Below, piece by piece: positions 18,926 to 28,414 of a stretch of 29,332 bases of DNA. The DNA comes from Opitutales bacterium (lineage in GTDB: Bacteria > Verrucomicrobiota > Verrucomicrobiia > Opitutales > JABSRG01): contig JBMYOQ010000057.1 of the NCBI GenBank assembly GCA_049599475.1, positions 1-29,332 of the forward strand, in the 5' to 3' direction. The translations under genes were made by a program, and so were the position numbers. The notes beneath the pieces are model-generated. The model searched no databases. It had not been told where the DNA came from and saw only the letters and a program-made list of their open reading frames with translations. The first letter of the stretch is position 1. The number at the start of each line of letters is the position of its first letter.

Positions 18926-18963
18926 AGCACGGAAGTGCTATAGAGAAAAAACTGCGCTGTCAA
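18926..18963 (-). promoter_or_regulatory. Candidate sigma70 promoter with overlapping AGCAC-N4-GTGCT palindrome
   Basis: Perfect TTGACA (18958-18963, minus strand); imperfect -10 (TATAGCACT) 15-17 nt downstream, overlapping the palindrome at 18926-18939. Confidence 0.45.
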
Positions 18964-19058
18964 ACGCGCGGATATTCGGTGGGAACGCTTGGGTGCAGGG
19001 TTTGTTCCCGGAAGAATAGCTTTTTTCTAATGTCCGCGAGGGCTTCGGGCCTCGATAT

Positions 19059-20081
19059 TTAGCTACTTTGAGATCTGAAAAACTCGTTGAGTACTTCAAT
19101 TTTCTTTCGCTCAAGGGTTTCCTCGTGGATTTCTTCCTTGGTGCGCTGGCGATCGCGGCCAGACATGGCTCTGCGCATCTTTTGAATCGCGATCTCTTGC
19201 AGCTGCCGGACGCGCTCACGTGTGATATTAAACTCTTGTCCCACCTCTTCCAGGGTGAGTGCACGGTCTGTGTCTAGACCGAAGCGCAGACGAATGATTT
19301 TGGCTTCGCGTTCGTCCAGGCGATGGAGCACCTGGGCTACATCTGAAGAAAGTGATTTGGTATGGAGGTCTTGGAAAGGTGTCGTTGCCTTCTCGTCGCT
19401 CACGAGTTCTCCGAATTTTGTGTCTTCTTCGTTGCCGACTGGAGCATCTAGGGATGCTGGGCGGACTGATACTGAGCGCAAGTGGGCTACCTTGTGAGTA
19501 GGGATGCCCATCTGGTAGGCGATTTCTTCGTCAGTCGGTTCGCGGTCGAGCTCTTCTGCCAAGGCTGTGGTGATTTTGCGCATCTTGGCGATTTTGTCCA
19601 CCAAGTGGACTGGAAGACGGATCGTTTTGCCTTGGTTGGCCAATGCGCGTTTTATGGACTGCTTGATCCACCAGGCTGCATAAGTGCTGAGCTTGCCTCC
19701 CTTGTCTGGGTCGAAACGTTCAACTGCCTTGACGAGGCCGATGTTTCCCTCGCTGATGAGATCCATCAGCGGTAGGCCGAAATTGCTGTAATCGCTCGCG
19801 ATTTTCACGACGAGGCGGAGATTTGCCTGAATCATATGATTTCGGGCCTCCACATCTCCTTTTTGGATTTTGCGGGCGAGCGCCACTTCTTCCTGGATGG
19901 AAAGGAGGGGCGTTTTTCCGATCTCTTGTAGATAGAGCTGGATCGGACTTCTCTCGGACTGCGGCACTTCGCGGACGTCCTGAGCTTCTTCACGTGAAAT
20001 TTCTAGGCTACTCCCTGAAAGTCTATTCTGAGAGGTGTTTTCGGTGGTCGAGTCAAAGTCCGTCATATTCATAGCAGTCAT
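19059..20081 (-). CDS. RpoD/SigA-family sigma70 factor (short, group 2-like)
   Basis: YLQEIG..PLL (region 1.2), ANLRLVVKIA, STYAAWWIKQ, TIRLPVH, TLEEVG.EF.ITRERVRQ; no region 1.1; charged C-terminal extension. Confidence 0.93.
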   Translation of the reverse strand: MTAMNMTDFDSTTENTSQNRLSGSSLEISREEAQDVREVPQSERSPIQLYLQEIGKTPLLSIQEEVALARKIQKGDVEARNHMIQANLRLVVKIASDYSNFGLPLMDLISEGNIGLVKAVERFDPDKGGKLSTYAAWWIKQSIKRALANQGKTIRLPVHLVDKIAKMRKITTALAEELDREPTDEEIAYQMGIPTHKVAHLRSVSVRPASLDAPVGNEEDTKFGELVSDEKATTPFQDLHTKSLSSDVAQVLHRLDEREAKIIRLRFGLDTDRALTLEEVGQEFNITRERVRQLQEIAIQKMRRAMSGRDRQRTKEEIHEETLERKKIEVLNEFFRSQSS

Positions 20082-20199
20082 ATAGAATCTCTTCGGAGAT
20101 CTTTATTCCGAATTTAAACCAAATTCATGAAATTCAAGTCGTAATAACCATTTTTACGTGAATTTGTTCCTACCTATAAATTTTTCTTTTAGATGCTAT

Positions 20200-21693
20200 T
20201 TATAGAAGTTCTCGGGCAATTGCCGTGGATTGGGCTAGGGCGCGGCTCTTATTGATCGTTTCTTGATACTCGTTGCGTGGGTCAGAGTCTGCCACGACGC
20301 CTGCTCCCGCCTGAATATAGACCTTGTTGTCTTTGAGCACTGCGGTCCGTAGAGCGATCGCGGAGTCTTGAGATCCGTCATAAGAAAAATATCCGACGGC
20401 CCCGGAGTAGAATCCGCGTTTTTCTTTTTCGTATTCTGCGATCAGCTGCATCGCGCGGACTTTGGGGGCGCCGCTCACTGTTCCGGCAGGAAATGTTGCG
20501 CGCATGACATCGTAGGCATTCTTCTCGGGTGACAGTTTACCGACAGTTTGGGAGACTATGTGAATAACGTGTGAGTAACGCTCAATCGTCATAAAGTCTT
20601 CTACGCGAACCGTGCCCATTTGGCAGATTCGTCCAATGTCGTTGCGGGCAAGATCGACAAGCATGAGGTGCTCAGCTCGCTCCTTTTCATCAGCCAAAAG
20701 GTCGGCCTCATATTCCAAATCTTGTTCCTCTGTTTTTCCGCGTGGCCGGGTGCCCGCGATTGGGCGGATGGTGACGTCGTCTCCCTGGAGCCTGTAGTGC
20801 ACTTCGGGTGAAGCGCCAACGAGTGCGAAATCCTCAGTCTCTAGGATAAACATGTATGGAGATGGGTTCACTAACCGGCAGACGCGGTAGAGGTCTAATG
20901 CGGTGCCTTCGAACTCTTCTTCAAAGCGTTGAGAAAGAACGACTTGGAAAATGTCACCTGCGCGGATATAATCCTTGGCAGAATCTACAGCCTGCTCGAA
21001 GCGCTCCTGGGAAAAGTTTCCAACCGGGGCTTCTGGCTTTGGAAGTGCCTTGGGAATTGTAAGGGGAGTGAGCTCGGTACTCTGTTTTAAACACTCTATT
21101 ATATTTTCGATTTCCTTGCAGGCTGCTTGGTAGGCGGCCTCGATATCGTTGTCGACATGAGCGTTTACGACTATGCGCATACGCTGGAAAACATGATCGA
21201 AAACTACCACTGAATCAGTGATCATGTAGTAGAGTAAGGGCGTACCTAGGCCTGGCCCTTCGGCAGGAGGGACTGTCTTTTCGACTCTGTGAATATATTC
21301 GTAGGCCAGCCCTCCAACAGCACCACCGATGAAGGGAGGCATGTCCGGAACTTTGAGAAGATTGTATTGGGCCATTTCTGCTTCGATGAGATCGAGCGGG
21401 TCGGCAGGCGTTTCGACTTCGCTGGTGGCTCCGCCTTTCTCCCAGATGCGCGTTCTTTCCTCGAAAACGGTGAAGATCTTTCTCGGGCGGCTGCCGAGAA
21501 AGGAATAACGCGAAACATTTTCGCCACCTGTTACGCTCTCCAGCAGAAAAGAGGGAGAGTTTTCGAGATCTCTCAATCGAGCATAAGCGGAGACGGGTGT
21601 GAGGCTGTCCGCCATCAAGTCGACATAGATGGGAATGAGGTTGTTCGTTTTGGCGTGAGCCGCGAACTCTTCGAAACTGAGGGATGGAGTCAC
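20200..21693 (-). CDS. trpE: Anthranilate synthase component I
   Basis: FLLES..GGE..SRYS, GDIFQVVLSQRF, NPSPYMF, RPIAGTRPRG, EHLMLVDLARND, FPAGTVSGAPKVRAMQ. Confidence 0.93.
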   Translation of the reverse strand: MTPSLSFEEFAAHAKTNNLIPIYVDLMADSLTPVSAYARLRDLENSPSFLLESVTGGENVSRYSFLGSRPRKIFTVFEERTRIWEKGGATSEVETPADPLDLIEAEMAQYNLLKVPDMPPFIGGAVGGLAYEYIHRVEKTVPPAEGPGLGTPLLYYMITDSVVVFDHVFQRMRIVVNAHVDNDIEAAYQAACKEIENIIECLKQSTELTPLTIPKALPKPEAPVGNFSQERFEQAVDSAKDYIRAGDIFQVVLSQRFEEEFEGTALDLYRVCRLVNPSPYMFILETEDFALVGASPEVHYRLQGDDVTIRPIAGTRPRGKTEEQDLEYEADLLADEKERAEHLMLVDLARNDIGRICQMGTVRVEDFMTIERYSHVIHIVSQTVGKLSPEKNAYDVMRATFPAGTVSGAPKVRAMQLIAEYEKEKRGFYSGAVGYFSYDGSQDSAIALRTAVLKDNKVYIQAGAGVVADSDPRNEYQETINKSRALAQSTAIARELL

Positions 21694-21725
21694 TGTGATT
21701 ACTAAAGGTAAAGTGTGTTGGGCGC

Positions 21726-23576
21726 CTATTCTACGGTGACAGATTTGGCGAGGTTGCGTGGCTTATCGACATCGCATTCGCGAATGCAAGCGATGTGGTA
21801 GCTCAGAAGTTGTAGTGGGATCGTCGCCAGGATAGGCTGCATGGCCTCGTGTGAGTCTGGCACGCGAATCAGGTCGTCGACAAGACCTTCAGGGATCTCG
21901 GCGCTTTCCGGTGCGATGCAAATGACAAGGCCTCCGCGCGCTTTGACTTCCTGGATATTGGCTAGAGTCTTTTGGTGGATTTCGTCATCTGTCGTCAAGA
22001 AGACGCTCGGGCAATCTTCGCTGATGAGCGCGAGCGGGCCGTGCTTCATTTCGGCAGCAGGGTAGCCTTCCGCATGGATGTATGAGATCTCTTTCAGTTT
22101 GAGAGCGCCTTCCAGGGCAATCGGGAACATGCGCTGGCGGCCGAGGAAGAGGAAATCGCGATGGTGTGCATATTTGGTCGCGATTTTTCGGATGTCGTCG
22201 GCCTTGCTCAGGATTTGGCTGGCGAGCTCCGGTGCGGCTTTGAGGCCCTTTACGAAGTCTTGGCCATCGCTGAAGCTCATATCCCGCATTCGGGCTATGG
22301 TGAGCGCGAGCATAGCGCCGATTGTGAGCTGAGACGTGAAAGCCTTGGTGGAGGCAACGCCGATTTCGGGGCCAGCATATTGGTAAATACCGCCATCCGT
22401 GCTCCGCGCGATGGTGGAGCCAATGCCGTTGGTAATGGCCAGGGCACGGTGTCCCTTGCGCTTTGCCTCCTGAAGCGCGGCCAAGGTATCGATTGTCTCG
22501 CCGGACTGGCTGATTACTAAAAACAGGGTGTTCTTGTCTAGGGGCGCATTGCGGTAGCGAAACTCGCTTGCGTAGTCGACCTCGACAGGCATCCGGGCGA
22601 AGCGTTCGATGAAAAATTCGATCATCAGGCAGGCAATCCACGCAGTACCACAGCCGAGTAAGACGATGCGGTCGACTTGGCGCCACTCTTGAGGCGTGAG
22701 GTTCAGGCCCCCGAATTTGGATGTGGATTGATCGTTGGAAAAGCGTCCACGCATGGCGTTTTCGATCGCTATGGGCTGCTCGAAAATCTCTTTCTCCATG
22801 TAGTGGCTGAAGTTGCCGAGATCTACGCTCGTATCGCTCCATTCGACTTGGCTTACCACCGGTGATACTTCGTCCGCATCGATTGTCGTGATGGTGAAAT
22901 CCTCCGGGGTGAGGAGGACGATTTCGCCATCGTTTAGATAAACGACGTTGGTTGTGCGGCCCCCGAAAGCGGCGACATCGCTGCCGATTAGATTCTCGCC
23001 TTTGCCCACCCCCACGATGAGAGGGGAGCTCTGGCGTGCGCCGACCAATTCGTCTGGTCGTTCCGCGCAGATAGCGGCGATGCCGTAGGTGCCCTGGACA
23101 TGATGTAGGGATTTGCGAACGGCCTCCATGAAGCGTGAACCCTCTGCATGCTCTGGCTCTTTGGCGTAGTGATAGGCTATCAGGTTGGCGAGGACTTCGG
23201 TATCTGTCTGCGATTGAAAGGTGTAGCCTTGGGTGAGGAGGAACTCTTTTATCGAGTTGTGATTTTCGATGACACCATTGTGCACCAAGGAGATTTTCTC
23301 GTCGGAACTCAAATGGGGGTGAGCATTCTCATCGGTGACGCCACCGTGGGTGGCCCAGCGGGTATGGCTGATGCCGATTACGCCATCTACCTTAGTCTCC
23401 TGTAGCGCGTGAGAGGTGTTGATGACCCTTCCCGCCCGTTTTACAGTATGGATCTTTTCATCGCGTAATATGCCGATGCCTGCAGAATCGTATCCTCGAT
23501 ACTCGAGGCGTTTTAAGCCCTCGAGCAGGATGTTCGCAGCCCGCTTTTTTCCAATATACCCTACAATTCCGCACAT
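21726..23576 (-). CDS. glmS: Glutamine--fructose-6-phosphate aminotransferase
   Basis: MCGIVG, LEYRGYDSAG, HTRWATHG, SQSGET.DT, EGALKLKEISY, PRNLAKSVTVE. Confidence 0.99.
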   Translation of the reverse strand: MCGIVGYIGKKRAANILLEGLKRLEYRGYDSAGIGILRDEKIHTVKRAGRVINTSHALQETKVDGVIGISHTRWATHGGVTDENAHPHLSSDEKISLVHNGVIENHNSIKEFLLTQGYTFQSQTDTEVLANLIAYHYAKEPEHAEGSRFMEAVRKSLHHVQGTYGIAAICAERPDELVGARQSSPLIVGVGKGENLIGSDVAAFGGRTTNVVYLNDGEIVLLTPEDFTITTIDADEVSPVVSQVEWSDTSVDLGNFSHYMEKEIFEQPIAIENAMRGRFSNDQSTSKFGGLNLTPQEWRQVDRIVLLGCGTAWIACLMIEFFIERFARMPVEVDYASEFRYRNAPLDKNTLFLVISQSGETIDTLAALQEAKRKGHRALAITNGIGSTIARSTDGGIYQYAGPEIGVASTKAFTSQLTIGAMLALTIARMRDMSFSDGQDFVKGLKAAPELASQILSKADDIRKIATKYAHHRDFLFLGRQRMFPIALEGALKLKEISYIHAEGYPAAEMKHGPLALISEDCPSVFLTTDDEIHQKTLANIQEVKARGGLVICIAPESAEIPEGLVDDLIRVPDSHEAMQPILATIPLQLLSYHIACIRECDVDKPRNLAKSVTVE

Positions 23577-23785
23577 AGTCTGGCAGCTATAGATGCTTTA
23601 AGGAGCGGAATGTGCAATCTTTCTGTATTGCTTTGTTGAGTCAGATTGCGGCCTTTGTCATCTCGCTGTGACGATTGCAGCCATAATTTATCTTAATCAC
23701 GAAATTCTTTACTTAACTTTTGTGAGATTAGAGTCCTATTCTCAGTTTCTGCCCGGATGCTAGACCTCTAAAATAGCGCAACATT

Positions 23786-25066
23786 ATGAAAAGCAAAGTG
23801 ATCTGTATTGTTATGGGAGGCGGACGCGGAACGCGTTTATCGCCATTAACGAAGCTACGCTGCAAGCCTGCAGTGCCGCTCGCTGGTAAGTATCGCCTGG
23901 TCGATATTCCCATCAGCAATTGTCTCAACTCGGGCCTGAATAATATTTTCGTCCTCACTCAGTTTAACACGGCTTCGCTGCACCGGCACATTCAGGACAG
24001 TTATAAGTTCGATGCATTTGGTGGCGGATTTGTCGACATTATGGCGGCTGAGCAGACCGAGGGCAGTGATGGCTGGTATCAAGGTACTGCGGATGCGGTG
24101 CGCCAGAATATGTCGCACTTTGGTCTCAACGATGACGATTTGGTTCTGATTCTGTCTGGCGACCAACTATACCGCATGGACTTCAACGAACTAGTGGAGC
24201 AACACCGGGCGCACGGAGCCGAAGTCACTATTGCAGGAACACTGTTGCCGAAGGATGAGGTAGCAGGTCTCGGTCTGATGAAGATCAAGGACAACCTGGA
24301 GATAGAAGAATTTGTGGAAAAGCCGACTGATCCAAAGATTATCGATGGATTGGTCGTTGGTGATAAAGTAACTGCACGTGTTAAAAATGCTCCTGAGGGC
24401 GACAGCTGTTTGGCCAATATGGGTATCTACGTTTTTAATGCTAAGTTACTTGAGAAAGCGCTGAATACAGACGAGACCGATTTTGGTAAGGAGATTATTC
24501 CGTCGCTGTTGGGCAATTGTGCCCTCTACTCATACGTCTATGATGGCTATTGGGAGGATATTGGTACTGTCGGAGCCTTTTTTGATGCAAATCTGAGACT
24601 CACCGATCCAGTACCACCGTTCAACTTTTTTGATGCCCAGCAGCCGGTGTATACGCACGCTCGCTACTTGCCAGCAGCTAAGATTAACTCGTGCACCATG
24701 GACCGAGCAATAATTAGTGATGGTTGTATCATCACGGGAGCGAAGATTACACGTTCAGTTATCGGTATCCGTTCGGTCATTGGCTCCGATTCTGAGCTAG
24801 ATCACGTGGTTATGATGGGGGCGGATAGTTTCCAGACTCTGGAAGAAGTCGCTGAAGCAAAGGACACTGGAACGCCTTACATGGGGATCGGGCGTCGTTG
24901 TAAGATTAAGAACGCTATTTTGGATAAGGACTGCTGTATCGGAGACGATTGCGAGCTGTCGCCTGAGGGGAAGGAAGACCTTTGGGAAACAGATACCATG
25001 ATGGTGAGAGATGGTGTTCTCATCGTGAAGAAGGACGCAGTCATACCATCTGGCACCAAAATCTAG
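23786..25066 (+). CDS. glgC: Glucose-1-phosphate adenylyltransferase
   Basis: GGGRGTRL.PLT..R.KPAVP, WYQGTADAV, LSGDQLYRMD, F.EKP, DFGKEIIP, YWEDIGT. Confidence 0.98.
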   Translation: MKSKVICIVMGGGRGTRLSPLTKLRCKPAVPLAGKYRLVDIPISNCLNSGLNNIFVLTQFNTASLHRHIQDSYKFDAFGGGFVDIMAAEQTEGSDGWYQGTADAVRQNMSHFGLNDDDLVLILSGDQLYRMDFNELVEQHRAHGAEVTIAGTLLPKDEVAGLGLMKIKDNLEIEEFVEKPTDPKIIDGLVVGDKVTARVKNAPEGDSCLANMGIYVFNAKLLEKALNTDETDFGKEIIPSLLGNCALYSYVYDGYWEDIGTVGAFFDANLRLTDPVPPFNFFDAQQPVYTHARYLPAAKINSCTMDRAIISDGCIITGAKITRSVIGIRSVIGSDSELDHVVMMGADSFQTLEEVAEAKDTGTPYMGIGRRCKIKNAILDKDCCIGDDCELSPEGKEDLWETDTMMVRDGVLIVKKDAVIPSGTKI

Positions 25067-25088
25067 AGATTACAGATTTTAGTTACAG

Positions 25089-25136
25089 ACAAAGCCTACA
25101 CGTGGAACTCGAGCCCGTGTAGGCTTTGTTTTGTTT
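25089..25136 (+). terminator. Intrinsic terminator after glgC
   Basis: 14-bp stem ACAAAGCCTACACG/CGTGTAGGCTTTGT followed by TTTGTTT. Confidence 0.8.
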
Positions 25137-25223
25137 AAGTGCAATAGTGGGGAGTGTTTCGGGTTTTTGCTTAGTCGAATGACATAATCTCGGCGTCTGC
25201 GAGGAATTTGGTATCATAGTCGG

Positions 25224-28200
25224 GTGCCTTGGATTCTTTGCGTGCAGACATTACCCCATTTGCGAGCGCTCGGGTTAGCCATTCTGGGGCTGGTCGGTCA
25301 TTTGGTTTGTGCTCAAAAGCCCTATCAGCCGCTACCTGCTGATTCATTTCGCGAGCCTTGGCGGTGGCGTGATGTAGAGTTTCTCGAAGGAGAAGCCGTT
25401 ACCTCGATGGCCGAGTCTCCAGATGGGAGTATCTGGTTTGGTGCTGAGGGTGCTCTGATTCATTATGATGGCTTAAATTTCGAGCGAATCGATCTGTCCA
25501 CGGTTACAGATGTGCCTACCCCCGGACAAATAGAAGTCCTGGAGGTGCGGGCGCTTACGGTCACTGCGGGCGGGCTTCCGCTTTTCTTGCTCAAAAGTTC
25601 CCTCGTTGTGCTTGAGAATGGGCGGGTTCGGAAAATCTCGGATGATATCGGTTTCGTGAACAATTATTCTAAGTTCGTGCAAGATCGTGCTGGGAGAATT
25701 TATCTTCTGACCCGAGACCGGCTTCTTCATGTTTCCGAGGACCTTTCAGCCGTCACACCAATCTATCGTGTGAGAGGTCGGGAGCGCTTATATGCCTGTT
25801 TCGATAGTCAGGATCGCGTATGGGTTTTAATGCTTAGTGCGAATAGCGAATTTAAATTCTTTTCTGAGCCGGTGGAATCCGCTCTTGCGGGAGAAGCTCG
25901 ACGGAGGGAATTCCCCGGATTGCCTTTCGAGCTAGGAATCAGTATCGCGAATCTGCACGTAGACTCCAAAGATCGGATCTATTATTCGGATGCTTCGAGA
26001 AGAAATGGTATCTACGTTTTTAATACAGAAAGTCACACCTGGACTCGACCTGAACTGCCTGAACATAGTCTGAGTCACTACTATGTCAGCGAGATGATTG
26101 ATGGAAGTATGTGTTTCTTAGGTGCTGGCGAGATTCTGCGTTTGTCAGAAAGTGGAGCCTCTTACTACTCGTCATCGGTTATCGGATTACCTGTAATGCC
26201 GCTTCAATTGTTGGAAACCCGGAATCGGCGGGTTTGGGTGCTTTCCTATCTTAATAAAGTGCGTGTTCTGGATCTTTCAGATACGTTTGAGACGTACTCG
26301 GGGCTACATTTTCTCTTTGAGAGCAACCAAGGGAAACGATGGTTTGTCGACGCTCACCAATCGATTGTAGTAAATGACCCACTTCAAGATTCTTGGATAC
26401 AGTATGATAAGCATGATGGCATTGTCGAAAGTATAGTCGGTGGGTTTGAGTCCGAAGATGGGGCAGTTTGGATTCTCGGAGTCAAGGAGGGGGTCGCTGC
26501 GGTATCTGCCTTAGCTGACGGGAGTTCAAATGCGTGGCTGACCACGAAATTTCCGGAACTGGGGCCTTCGACTTCACGGCATGCTTGGGCCGAATTAGAT
26601 GATGGGAGTATTATTATTGGTACGGACTCAGTCGATCAATGGAGCGAGTTTGACGGAGGATTCGTGCGACTGCGCTTAGATGAGGCATTGGGCATTCACC
26701 AGGTGGATCGTATTATTGAAGAATATTTCCCAATAAACTCGCGGCATCTAGCGCAGACTTCAGATGGGTTGCTGTGGAGTGCTCATAACGGCTTGCGCTC
26801 CGTGAATTTAGACTCCAAGGAAGTTGCCAGAGATGTCGCCATCCCTATGAGACGTGGTGACCGTTTGTTGGTCGGCGAAACGGGCGATCTTTGGTTGGGG
26901 ATCGGAGGCTTCGGAGTCTGGAGGAAGACTGATGATCGCTGGATCCGTTATTCGACGAAGGATGGCTTGTCTAGTAACTTCGTATCAGGCTTAGCGATAC
27001 TTGATGGAGGCAAGGTGGTGGCTGCTTCGGAAAATGGCTATAGTCGCTTCGATGGATATAGCTGGACGCGCCATGCCTTGCCCTCCTCGCTTTCTATTTT
27101 GCGTCGAAGGGGGGCTCTTATGCGAGGTGCTGGAGATACTCTTTGGATGAACCTTACGTCCAGTGAGTTTCGGGCGAGAGGTCTTGCGCGCTCTGGACAC
27201 CATACGCGTTTTTGCACAGTTCTATATCGTTTTGATAAAAATGCGCCGGAGACCTTTTTGGAGGAATACCAAGCTTCGGTGTCTCATAAGGGTAATACTC
27301 TGATACGTTGGGGTGGCTATGATATGTGGAATTACACGCCTTCGAGCGCCTTGAAATATTCTTGGAAGTTAAACGATGGTTCCTGGTCGCCGTTTAGTGA
27401 GGAGAAGACCCGTTCATTTGTCGATTTGCCGTATGGGAGTCATCGATTGGCGGTGCGCGCGAGGGATGGAGATCACAATGTCGACCTCTCTCCGGCCGTT
27501 GCGTATTTTGTGGTTGAGAAACCGTTCTGGCTGCGAAGCTGGGTCCTGCTTATTTGTTTCACAGTTTTTGCCGTATCCATTTATCAATTATTGTATACCT
27601 TGAGGAGTCGACGATTGCGACTGGAACAAGAGCGAACTCAAGCCTTGGATCGGCAGCGGCATCTAGAGGAGATTGACGCCCTGAAAACGGGGTATGTGAA
27701 TAATATCTCTCACGAGCTGAATACCCCCCTGACATCATTGATGATTCCTCTAGATAGCATTGTTAAGAAGGAGTCTGATCCGGATAAACGGCGGCGTTTG
27801 TCTCTGGTTTTGCGCAATGCAGAGCGTATCAAAAAACTGGTGTCGCAACTCGTGTTGTTTCGCGATGCCGAGAAGAAAGAACTCACCTTTGATGGGGCGC
27901 GTGAGGATATTTCTAAAGTGATAAGAGATCGAATAGAAGGGGTGCGCCCGTTTGCTGATGACCGAGGTGTAAAAATTGTGGAGTCTGGACCGAGTTCTTA
28001 TGTCGCAGAATTCTGTCCTGATATTGTAGAGCGGGTTGCAGATAATTTATTGAGTAATGCTGTGAAATACACGGGAAAAAATGGACTCATTCGCATTGAA
28101 TGGACGGTGTCTAAAGATGACGCGTTGGGAGATGTTCTGAATCTATTGGTAGAAGATAATGGCCCAGGAATCCCTGAGGAACATTTGCCGTATGTGTTTG

Positions 28201-28388
28201 AGCGTTTTTATCGTATACCTGGAAAGTCCATGGTCGATGGTTCAGGGATTGGATTGAACCTGACTCAAGAACTCGTGAATCTCTGCGGTGGGCGAATTCG
28301 CGTAGTGAGCCCAATCTATGACTCAGCTCGACAGCCGGGGACGCGTTTTGAGGTTTCGATCCCTCTGAGAGATCGATCGGACAGATAG
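25224..28388 (+). CDS. Sensor histidine kinase with periplasmic beta-propellers and Y_Y_Y domain
   Basis: Signal-like N-terminus; ESPDGSIWFG and YSTKDGLSSNFV propeller repeats; YSWKLNDGSWS...LPYGSH.LAVRARD; TM helix; NISHELNTPL (H box), NLLSNAVKYT, DNGPGI, FERFYR, GSGIGL. Exact start uncertain. Confidence 0.92.
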   Translation: MPWILCVQTLPHLRALGLAILGLVGHLVCAQKPYQPLPADSFREPWRWRDVEFLEGEAVTSMAESPDGSIWFGAEGALIHYDGLNFERIDLSTVTDVPTPGQIEVLEVRALTVTAGGLPLFLLKSSLVVLENGRVRKISDDIGFVNNYSKFVQDRAGRIYLLTRDRLLHVSEDLSAVTPIYRVRGRERLYACFDSQDRVWVLMLSANSEFKFFSEPVESALAGEARRREFPGLPFELGISIANLHVDSKDRIYYSDASRRNGIYVFNTESHTWTRPELPEHSLSHYYVSEMIDGSMCFLGAGEILRLSESGASYYSSSVIGLPVMPLQLLETRNRRVWVLSYLNKVRVLDLSDTFETYSGLHFLFESNQGKRWFVDAHQSIVVNDPLQDSWIQYDKHDGIVESIVGGFESEDGAVWILGVKEGVAAVSALADGSSNAWLTTKFPELGPSTSRHAWAELDDGSIIIGTDSVDQWSEFDGGFVRLRLDEALGIHQVDRIIEEYFPINSRHLAQTSDGLLWSAHNGLRSVNLDSKEVARDVAIPMRRGDRLLVGETGDLWLGIGGFGVWRKTDDRWIRYSTKDGLSSNFVSGLAILDGGKVVAASENGYSRFDGYSWTRHALPSSLSILRRRGALMRGAGDTLWMNLTSSEFRARGLARSGHHTRFCTVLYRFDKNAPETFLEEYQASVSHKGNTLIRWGGYDMWNYTPSSALKYSWKLNDGSWSPFSEEKTRSFVDLPYGSHRLAVRARDGDHNVDLSPAVAYFVVEKPFWLRSWVLLICFTVFAVSIYQLLYTLRSRRLRLEQERTQALDRQRHLEEIDALKTGYVNNISHELNTPLTSLMIPLDSIVKKESDPDKRRRLSLVLRNAERIKKLVSQLVLFRDAEKKELTFDGAREDISKVIRDRIEGVRPFADDRGVKIVESGPSSYVAEFCPDIVERVADNLLSNAVKYTGKNGLIRIEWTVSKDDALGDVLNLLVEDNGPGIPEEHLPYVFERFYRIPGKSMVDGSGIGLNLTQELVNLCGGRIRVVSPIYDSARQPGTRFEVSIPLRDRSDR

Positions 28389-28414
28389 ATTTGTATTTGA
28401 AAGGTACCCTAAAA

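Noticed and set aside
18865..18963. 33-aa N-terminal extension of the TorF-like ORF; CIRCE or sigma54 reading of TAGCAC...GTGCT
   Set aside because: The extension runs through promoter and leader. The palindrome spacing fits neither CIRCE (9-bp arms, N9) nor GG-N10-GC.
21985..22842. 285-aa alternative-frame ORF inside glmS
   Set aside because: Arg/Pro/His-rich shadow frame with no family motifs, fully overlapping a conserved essential gene.
23577..23785. glmS ribozyme or other structured RNA upstream of glmS
   Set aside because: No AGCGC-type cleavage-site core or recognisable P2/P2.1 elements on the minus strand; it looks like an ordinary divergent promoter region.
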